A stretch of 64,000 bases of DNA from an uncultured Bacilli bacterium (lineage in GTDB: Bacteria > Bacillota_I > Bacilli_A > RFN20 > CAG-826): the NCBI GenBank assembly GCA_944375905.1, contig CALWAS010000027.1, positions 57,679 through 121,678 of the forward strand. The letters run 5' to 3'. Shown here piece by piece: positions 57,211 to 64,000 of the stretch. Each line of letters begins with the position of its first letter. The stretch's first letter is position 1. Position numbers and translations under genes: made by a program. The notes under the pieces were generated by a model, which saw nothing but the letters and a program-made list of their open reading frames with translations, was not told where the DNA came from and did no database searches.

Positions 57211-59718
57211 ATGAGAAAGCCAATCGAAGTACCGGACCATATCGAAATAAGGGGCGCGCGCGTCCATAACCTCAAGGGGATCGATGTCGACATCCCCCTC
57301 AACCGGCTCGTCGGGATTGCCGGCGTCTCCGGCTCGGGGAAATCCTCGCTCGCCCTCGGCGTCCTCTATAGCGAAGGCTCGCGCCGCTATCTCGAGGCCC
57401 TATCGACCTATACGCGGAGGAGGATCAGCCAGGAAGGGCGGAGCGACGTCGATCTCGTAAGGAACGTCCCCTCGGCCATTGCCCTCCATCAGCGGCCCAA
57501 CGTCCCGGGCATCCGCTCGACCTTCGGGACGATGTCGGAGCTCAATAACATCCTCCGCCTCATCTATTCCCGGCTCGGGTGCCACCTCTGCCCGAATGGG
57601 CACCACTGCCCGCCCTCGATGGACGTCGCCCTCATGAAGGAGACGGTTTGTCCCGTCTGCGGGGCCTCTTTCTACGGCCCCTCGGCCGAGGAGCTTGCCT
57701 TCAACTCGGCCGGGGCCTGCCCCTCGTGCGGGGGAACCGGCTTCAAGCTCACGGTCGACCGTTCAAGCCTCGTGCCCGACGAGAACCTGAGCCTAGAAGA
57801 AGGCGCGGTCGCCCCGTGGAACTCCCTCATGTGGAGCCTCATGGTCGACGTCGCCCGGGCGATGGGCGTCAGGACCGATGTCCCTTTCAAGGACCTAAGC
57901 GAGGAAGAAAGGCGGATCGTCTACGACGGGCCGATGGAAAAGAAGCACATCCTCTACAAATCGAAGAAGGGCGATGACTTCGCCGAGCTCGACTTCACCT
58001 ACTATTCGGCCGTCAATACCGTCCTCAATGCCCTCTCGAAGGCCAAGGACGAAAAGGGCATGAAGCGGGTCAGCCGCTTCCTCAAGGAAGAGCCCTGTCC
58101 CGCTTGCCATGGGACGCGGCTTTCGGAAAGGGCCCGTTCGTCCCTCGTGAGGGGAATAAGCCTCGACGCGGCCTCGGAAATGCCGCTGGGCCAGCTCATC
58201 GATTGGGTAAAGGGCATTCCCGAATCGATGCCCGAGGCGATGAGGGAGATGGCGAGCGGGCTTACGAGGGAATTCCTCCATATGGCTAAGCGCCTCGTCG
58301 ACCTCGGGCTCGACTATCTATCCCTTTCGAGAGCCGGAAGCACCCTTTCGACCGGGGAACGCCAAAGGGTCGAATTGGCCCGGGCCGTCCGGAGCGAGAC
58401 AACCGGGGTCCTCTACGTCCTCGACGAGCCATCGATCGGCCTCCATCCCCATAATGTCGACGGCCTCTTCCTTCTTTTCGACGACCTTCTTTCCCAGGGC
58501 AACTCCATCGTCATGGTCGATCACGACGAGCGGATCCTCGCCCGGTGCGACTATCTCGTCGAACTCGGGCCGAAAGCCGGGAAGGAAGGCGGGGAAATCG
58601 TCGCGAAGGGGAATCTAGCGGAAGTGGAAAGCGATCCCCGTTCCATGATCGGCCCCTTCCTTTCGGGGAAGGAGGAAACCGTCGTCCGGAAAAGGGCGGA
58701 AAAAGAAAGGATGTTCGAAAACGGGGAGATCCACCTTTCGACCGGGGCCATCCATACCGTCCGTCCCCTCGACATCCATATCCCCAAAGGACGCCTCGTC
58801 GCGGTGACGGGAGTGTCGGGATCCGGGAAGACGACGATGGTTCTCGAGTCGCTCGTGCCGGCTTTGCGGGCGAAAATCGCGGGGACTCCCCTCCCAAACC
58901 ATGTCATTTCCATCGAGGCGGAAGGCCTAAGGAGGGTCAATCTCATCGACGCGACCCCGATCGGGGCGAACGTCCGTTCGACGGTCGCGACCTATAGCGG
59001 GGTCCTCGACGACTTGAGGAGCGCCTACGCGAGGACGGAAGGGGCCAAGTCCCTCGGGCTGAAGGCCGGGGACTTCTCCTACAACAGCGGCTCCCTCCGC
59101 TGCCCCGAATGCGACGGGACGGGAACGATCACCCTCGACGTCCAGTTCCTCCCGGACATGGACATAGCGTGCCCGAAGTGCCATGGGGGCCGTTACAAGG
59201 AAGAGGCGAGGAAAGTCAAATGGCCGGACGGAAACGGGCTTTCGATCGTCGAGATGATGGGCCTAACCGTCGACGAGGCCCTCGAGAAGACGAAAGGCCT
59301 CCGCAAGTGCCACGAAAAACTCGAAGTGCTCTCCAAGCTCGGGCTTGGCTACCTGACCCTCGGGGAGGCAACCCCTTCCCTTTCCGGCGGCGAGGCCCAG
59401 CGCCTCAAGCTGGCCTTCGAGATGGGACGCCTTCAAAACGATGCCCTCTTCGTCTTCGACGAGCCGACGATCGGGCTCCACCCCCTCGACGTGAGGAGAC
59501 TGCTATCCGTCTTCGACTCGCTTTTAAAGATGGGGGCCTCCATCGTCGTCATCGAGCACGACCTCGACTTCATAGCGAATAGCGACTACGTCGTCGACCT
59601 CGGGCCCGGGGGCGGCGTCTATGGCGGGCAGCTCGTCTACGAGGGGCCGACGGAAGGAATATTGGACGCGAAGCAAAGCCTGACGGCTCCTTATTTAAAA
59701 GAAGTCCTCCAAAAATAG
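57211..59718 (+). CDS. UvrA-like ABC ATPase (class II UvrA paralog, 835 aa)
   Basis: Likely start [48 protein letters not shown] (the track start at 56857 adds a basic-rich 118 aa). Zn-finger Cys pairs (CPVCGASF...CPSCGGTG; CPECDGTG...CPKCHGG), two ABC modules ([27 protein letters not shown]). Shorter than canonical UvrA (about 940 aa). Confidence 0.85.
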   Translation: MRKPIEVPDHIEIRGARVHNLKGIDVDIPLNRLVGIAGVSGSGKSSLALGVLYSEGSRRYLEALSTYTRRRISQEGRSDVDLVRNVPSAIALHQRPNVPGIRSTFGTMSELNNILRLIYSRLGCHLCPNGHHCPPSMDVALMKETVCPVCGASFYGPSAEELAFNSAGACPSCGGTGFKLTVDRSSLVPDENLSLEEGAVAPWNSLMWSLMVDVARAMGVRTDVPFKDLSEEERRIVYDGPMEKKHILYKSKKGDDFAELDFTYYSAVNTVLNALSKAKDEKGMKRVSRFLKEEPCPACHGTRLSERARSSLVRGISLDAASEMPLGQLIDWVKGIPESMPEAMREMASGLTREFLHMAKRLVDLGLDYLSLSRAGSTLSTGERQRVELARAVRSETTGVLYVLDEPSIGLHPHNVDGLFLLFDDLLSQGNSIVMVDHDERILARCDYLVELGPKAGKEGGEIVAKGNLAEVESDPRSMIGPFLSGKEETVVRKRAEKERMFENGEIHLSTGAIHTVRPLDIHIPKGRLVAVTGVSGSGKTTMVLESLVPALRAKIAGTPLPNHVISIEAEGLRRVNLIDATPIGANVRSTVATYSGVLDDLRSAYARTEGAKSLGLKAGDFSYNSGSLRCPECDGTGTITLDVQFLPDMDIACPKCHGGRYKEEARKVKWPDGNGLSIVEMMGLTVDEALEKTKGLRKCHEKLEVLSKLGLGYLTLGEATPSLSGGEAQRLKLAFEMGRLQNDALFVFDEPTIGLHPLDVRRLLSVFDSLLKMGASIVVIEHDLDFIANSDYVVDLGPGGGVYGGQLVYEGPTEGILDAKQSLTAPYLKEVLQK

Positions 59719-60162
59719 CAAAGTCCCTCATTTCCATGAAGAAAAGTAGGTTTTGCGGGAAAAATCTCTGCGTTCTATGGGCGTTTTAACTAATCTCAGG
59801 CAGCTTGGCCTTTCGACCGTCCGCCTTTTTTGACGGCTGTTCCATTGTCGGACGGAGGCGATGGCGAAACCTCTTCCCATGGTTGCTCATGCCGCATGCA
59901 AGTCAATTTGAAAGCTGCTTTTTCAAGGAAGCGGATTATACCCTTTATGTATACGTAGGTCACGTTTTAGGCCTTTTGGAAAAAATCCTTGTAAATCGCC
60001 CGTTTTCTTCGCCAAAATGCCATTTTGCTTAACGAATTGCATTAAACTTTTCTTTTAGATTGACGTTTTATCGGGTTTTCTTTCGATTTTGTTAAGGCGC
60101 TTAAGGAACCGATAATCGGAAATCGCGAACGTCAATCGTCCTTTGGGAAGGCTCTTGGGCTA

Positions 60163-60195
60163 GGAAAAAGAAAGCCCCTTCAAAGGGGGCTTGGC
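60163..60195 (-). terminator. Rho-independent terminator after the MukB-like gene
   Basis: Minus-strand GCCAAGCCCCCTTTGAAGGGGCTTTCTTTTTCC. Confidence 0.45.
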
Positions 60196-60213
60196 TGAAG
60201 TCCAAAACCGCTA

Positions 60214-63200
60214 TCAGTCGGCGGCCCGGCTCCGGATGATGGGGGAAGGAACGACCCGGCTCCCCTGCTTCACCAAGGCGATCTTGGTGTCGACGTAGGG
60301 GGCGATGGCCTTCGCCTGGTTTCCCGGGACGGCGAGAATCGGCTGGATCGAGAGTTCCTGGAAGTAGCGCATCATGCTCTCGACGTGGGACTGGTCCATC
60401 TTCTCGAAGGCTTCGTCGAACATGACGAGGCAACCCGGGGAAGTGCGGCCGTATCCGGGGCGGCAGAGCTGATCGAAGCTCGCGGCGATGATGACGTAGA
60501 ACGGGGTCTGTGTCTCGCCGCCGGACTTCGACTTGCTGATCTCGGAGAAGCGGTAGGTCTTGCCGTTCTTGTCGCGGATCTTGATGTCGTAGTCCATGAA
60601 GTTCCGGTAGTCGGTGAAGCTCTGGAGGAGCTTTTCGTCGGCATCCTCGCTCGTGAAGCGGTCGTAGAGGCTATTCATGAGGGCCTCGTTCTTGCTCGAG
60701 AGCTGCTCGGTGAAGAGGGTCGTCTGGTCGTAGTCCTGCTTGCTCGCGAAGATCTCGTAGTAATCCTTGAAGGTCGAGTCCTTCGAGGCCGAGACGACGA
60801 ATTCGTAAACGTCGCCCTCGGAGCCGAAGGGACGGCCGGCGAGGATTTCGTTGAGCTTCTTGATGTGGCGCTTCTCTTCCTCGATCGATTCGCGGATCTT
60901 GGCGATGTAGTCGTTCTGGAAGCTTTCGGCCGCCTTCTTCCTTGCCCGTTCGAGCTTGTCGATGTTCTCGACGAGGTCGTGGTTGGCGACTTTGTCGTAT
61001 TCCTTCACGAAGTGCGGGAGGGCGTCGAGCTCGCTCGTCTCGTCGAAGGAGAACTTCCGGATGTAGCTCGCCATGAGGGTGCGGAGGTCGCGCTCAAGGC
61101 GGGAGAGCTCCTTCGAGAGGCGCTCGACCTGGGCCTCGGCCTCCTTGGAGGCCATTTCCTTGTTGGACTTCCAGTCCTCGTAGGCGAGCTTGAGGCCTTC
61201 CTTCTTAAGGAGTTCGTCTAGCTCCTTTTCCTTGCTTGCCACGTCCCCCTGGAGGGAGGCGAGGCGGCTCGAGGCGGCCCCGAGGGAGGAAGAAGTGGCC
61301 TTGATGGCGTCGGCGGCCTTGCTCGAGGCGGCGACGGCCTCTTCCCGCTCGAGGCGGAGGGCCGAGAGGCGGCTCGACTTGGCGATGAGGTCGCTATCTT
61401 CCCCTTCGAGGGAAGATTTCTTGGCTTTCAGGGCCTCGAGGGACCGGCGGGCCGTCTCGTAAACGGCCCAGTGGTTGTCTTCCTCGAGGAGGGAGGAAAC
61501 GTAGCTGTGGTCGCTTTGCTCGACGAGGCGGTAGGTGGAACGGGCTTCCTCCTCTTCCATCTCGATGTCGCTCGAAAGCCCAGCCAAGGTGCTTTCGACT
61601 TCCTCGAGGCGGAGGCGGCGGGCGCTCGCGCCGATGTAGGGCGCTTCCTTTTCGCCATGCGTCTTCCTGACCGAGCGGAAGCCGTAGTAGAGGCCGTCGA
61701 TCGTCGCTCCCTCGTCCTTTCCGACGAAGAGGAGCGGATCGTCCACCGCCTCAACCGTCCCGAGGAGGAGATCGAGGTAGCGTTCGGCGTCGTAAGTGAG
61801 GGCCGTGAGCTTGGCGGCGAGGCTACTATCCTTATGAACGGCGTTTTCCGGGAGCCTCGCGAGGTCGACGATGCCGATCCCGGCGAACTGCTCCTTGTCC
61901 CTAGCTTCGTTGAGGGCCCTAAGAGCCGTCTCGAAGTGGCTTTCGTCGACGAAGAGGTCGAATCTCCTCTCGGCGAGGAGGGATTCGATGGCGTAGCGCC
62001 AGTTCTCCTCGCCTTCCTTGATGTCGATGAGCTCGGCGAAGGGACGGGCATCGATTTCGTCGCCCGTCTCGTCCTTCACTTTCTTCACGATGTAGGCGCG
62101 GAGCTTCGTCATGGCCTCCGGATAGACGGTCCTTCCGGCCTCGAGCTCTTCCTTCTCCTTTTGGAGGGCGAGGGCTTCCTTCTTGTCGCTCCTCAGGCGG
62201 TTTCGCACTTCGTTATAGGAAGCGGAAAGCTCGTCTTTCTTCTTCTTGAGGGCGCTTTGATAAAGCGGCAGGTATTTCCTTAGTCCCTCGTAATCGCGGT
62301 GCTCGAGATAGTCGAGGAGGGAGTTCCCGACCGAGAGGGAATGCTCGAGGCTCGCTTCCTTGGCGAGGCGCGCCTCGTAGGAATGGACGCGGGACTCGGC
62401 GTCGGAAAGCTTCTTCTCGCCTTCGGCGATCTGCTCGTCGATGGTGCGGAGCTCGAGGTAGGAGGAATCGTTTTCGAGGGCGTAGATGTCGCGTGAGACC
62501 CGTTCCTTGTCCGCCTCGGCTTTCTTTTGCTCTTCCTCGAGGTCCTTCTCGCGGCGCTTGAGCGATTCAATCTCGGCCCCGAGCTTCTCCTTCTCCTCCT
62601 CGATTGAGGAGGAGGCGAGGTTGAGGGCGAGGGCCTGGTAAAGGGAGGCTTCCTTCTTGCTCTTGTTATAGAGATCGGCCTTCTCGGCGATCGAGCGGAG
62701 GGCTTCCTTCTTCGCTTCCTCGTTCTTCACGGTGCGGGTGAGCTCGTTGAGCGAGTGGACGACGGTCCGCATGTTGGCGATGTTCACGTCCTTCTCCGGC
62801 ATGAGGAAGCGGTAGACGAACTCGTGGACGTCGTCGATCGGCTTGAAGGAGACGGCCTTCGGGAGAAGGTCGAGGTACTTCTTGCCGTCGATCTGGAGGA
62901 TGTCGTTATAAAGGGTCGCGCGGACTTTCTTCTGGGAATCGCCGAGGAGATGGAAGGTCCCTTCCGGGGCTTTCTGCTCCATGAGGCGGTAATTGAGGAT
63001 GTTCCCGTCCTCGTCTTTGAATAGGGAATCGTCGAGGACGTGGTTCGGGACGTAATAGAAGGTCTTGAGGATGTCGCGGACCCCTTCCTGGATCTCGAGG
63101 ACGACCCCGATGAGGAAGGATTCGAGCGTCTTTTCGTCGAGGAACTGGAGGCAGATGTGCGAAATGATGTTCGGGTCGCTCCGGAGATAGGGGTGGCTCG

Positions 63201-63432
63201 ATTCGCCCGTCCGGCCCCGCATGTAGGTCTCGACGGTCCGGTCGGTCTTTTCGTTGGCGGCCGCGTTGAACTTCGATTGGTCGCCGCCGGAAAGGAGATA
63301 GTAGATGGCGTCGATGAGCGAGCTCTTGCCAGAGCCGTTGTCGCCCGCGACGAGGACGGAGCCGTCCACCGGGATGCTCTCGTCGTAGAATCCGTGCCAA
63401 TTGATGAGGCGGATATCAGTCAGCTTCTTCAT
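60214..63432 (-). CDS. MukB-like SMC ATPase (Wadjet JetC / MksB family)
   Basis: 1072 aa. N-terminal MKKLTDIRLINWHGFYDESIPVDGSVLVAGDNGSGKSSLIDAIYY (MukB/MksB LINWNGF-type head), long coiled-coil K/E/L-rich arms, and C-terminal SGGETQTPFYVIIAASF...LVMFDEAFEKMD (signature plus Walker B). Confidence 0.75.
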   Translation of the reverse strand: MKKLTDIRLINWHGFYDESIPVDGSVLVAGDNGSGKSSLIDAIYYLLSGGDQSKFNAAANEKTDRTVETYMRGRTGESSHPYLRSDPNIISHICLQFLDEKTLESFLIGVVLEIQEGVRDILKTFYYVPNHVLDDSLFKDEDGNILNYRLMEQKAPEGTFHLLGDSQKKVRATLYNDILQIDGKKYLDLLPKAVSFKPIDDVHEFVYRFLMPEKDVNIANMRTVVHSLNELTRTVKNEEAKKEALRSIAEKADLYNKSKKEASLYQALALNLASSSIEEEKEKLGAEIESLKRREKDLEEEQKKAEADKERVSRDIYALENDSSYLELRTIDEQIAEGEKKLSDAESRVHSYEARLAKEASLEHSLSVGNSLLDYLEHRDYEGLRKYLPLYQSALKKKKDELSASYNEVRNRLRSDKKEALALQKEKEELEAGRTVYPEAMTKLRAYIVKKVKDETGDEIDARPFAELIDIKEGEENWRYAIESLLAERRFDLFVDESHFETALRALNEARDKEQFAGIGIVDLARLPENAVHKDSSLAAKLTALTYDAERYLDLLLGTVEAVDDPLLFVGKDEGATIDGLYYGFRSVRKTHGEKEAPYIGASARRLRLEEVESTLAGLSSDIEMEEEEARSTYRLVEQSDHSYVSSLLEEDNHWAVYETARRSLEALKAKKSSLEGEDSDLIAKSSRLSALRLEREEAVAASSKAADAIKATSSSLGAASSRLASLQGDVASKEKELDELLKKEGLKLAYEDWKSNKEMASKEAEAQVERLSKELSRLERDLRTLMASYIRKFSFDETSELDALPHFVKEYDKVANHDLVENIDKLERARKKAAESFQNDYIAKIRESIEEEKRHIKKLNEILAGRPFGSEGDVYEFVVSASKDSTFKDYYEIFASKQDYDQTTLFTEQLSSKNEALMNSLYDRFTSEDADEKLLQSFTDYRNFMDYDIKIRDKNGKTYRFSEISKSKSGGETQTPFYVIIAASFDQLCRPGYGRTSPGCLVMFDEAFEKMDQSHVESMMRYFQELSIQPILAVPGNQAKAIAPYVDTKIALVKQGSRVVPSPIIRSRAAD

Positions 63433-64000
63433 CGTCGTCCTCCTTCTCGCCCGCGCTGGACTTGGCCAAAAGGGCGATGCGCTGGTCGATCTCGTCGAAT
63501 TCCTCCTCGGGGACGAGGAGGGCGATCGAGGGGTAGATCTCCACCGTCGATTCCTCGCTTATCTCGCTCGGGCAATCGACGATCTTGTGCCGCTTGAGCT
63601 TCCGGAGCGCCTCCCGGTAATAGGAGATGCGCTGGCTCCCGGGGATCGGGCAGATGGCCTTCATTTCCTTGATGGCATCGCCGAGCGGGACGAGGATCTT
63701 GTCGCTCGAGGAGGCCTCGCGGGCCTTCTTGATGAACATCTTGCGGAGAACGAGGAGGAAGCAGGTCTCGAACTTCGAGAGGCGGACGCGGTTGCGCCCG
63801 GCCCGGTTGGCGATGTAGACGACTTCCTTCTCGCGGTCGACGCCGAGCTCGAAGTCGGCCATCGATAGGTAGGTCTCGAAGAGGGGGCGGTTGCTCACGA
63901 CGGCGAAATAGTCGCCGGCATCCTCCCCTTTCTTGCGGACGATGTAGGTGTCGCGGAGCAATTTGTCGACGAGGCGCGCGAACTCGTTGCGCCTCGTGTC
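63416..64000 (-). CDS. JetB/MksE-like small acidic partner protein (5' end possibly beyond the window)
   Basis: The ORF overlaps the MukB-like start by 17 bp. It has an acidic C-terminus (EKEDDDEEAD). The frame stays open upstream of the TTG listed as start to position 64000, so the true start may lie beyond the window. Its small size and acidic, kleisin-partner-like character match a JetB/MksE-type partner. Confidence 0.45.
   Translation of the reverse strand, partial: DTRRNEFARLVDKLLRDTYIVRKKGEDAGDYFAVVSNRPLFETYLSMADFELGVDREKEVVYIANRAGRNRVRLSKFETCFLLVLRKMFIKKAREASSSDKILVPLGDAIKEMKAICPIPGSQRISYYREALRKLKRHKIVDCPSEISEESTVEIYPSIALLVPEEEFDEIDQRIALLAKSSAGEKEDDDEEAD

Noticed and set aside
60385-62283. 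278-aa and 270-aa plus-strand ORFs, plus the 110-aa minus ORF at 60101-60433
   Set aside because: They are antisense to or overlap the MukB-like gene. No JetD/Toprim-like motifs were seen. They are GC-driven open frames.

Overview
The window is a 64-kb mosaic of two very different sequence types.

Positions 1 to about 13,400 are AT-rich (roughly 40% GC by eye), against about 60% or more for the rest of the window. This segment carries one co-directional gene array on the minus strand, largely translationally coupled. It looks like a horizontally acquired defence or modification island and runs off the left edge of the window. The array combines the three hallmark components of DNA phosphorothioate (Dnd/Ssp-type) sulfur modification with additional unrelated genes. 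The hallmark components are a NifS/IscS-like cysteine desulfurase, a DndC/SspD-like PP-loop (PAPS-reductase family) enzyme, and a DndD/SspC-like SMC-family ATPase. The DndC-like enzyme has an atypical N-terminal Zn-ribbon and a C-terminal 2x[4Fe-4S] ferredoxin module. The additional genes are a roughly 1165-aa BrxC/PglY-like P-loop NTPase, a DECH-box SF2 helicase with a possible degenerate HKD nuclease-like N-terminal domain, and two ORFs of 296 and 473 aa with no recognisable motifs. This gene combination does not match canonical DndABCDE, SspABCD-E or BREX type 4 layouts. It is the best candidate in the window for an undescribed hybrid defence or modification system.

The remaining roughly 50 kb is high-GC host chromosome of a lipoprotein-rich bacterium. 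It encodes glycogen genes (glgB, glgP), a GH13 alpha-glucosidase and a MalK-like ATPase. It also encodes a heterodimeric ABC exporter pair, ackA with an NrnA-like DHH phosphoesterase, a GNAT acetyltransferase, RlmB, and sbcDC followed by an extra ATPase gene. Further genes are a class-II UvrA paralog, an OYE-family flavoenzyme, BspA-type LRR and collagen-like surface proteins, and two tandem pairs of serine-linker lipoproteins. A MukB-like JetC/MksB with a JetB/MksE-like partner lies at the right edge; this is a partial Wadjet or MksBEF locus.

Several housekeeping enzymes carry unusual Lys/Ala/Glu-rich low-complexity extensions. No rRNA, tRNA, CRISPR or transposase genes were recognised.
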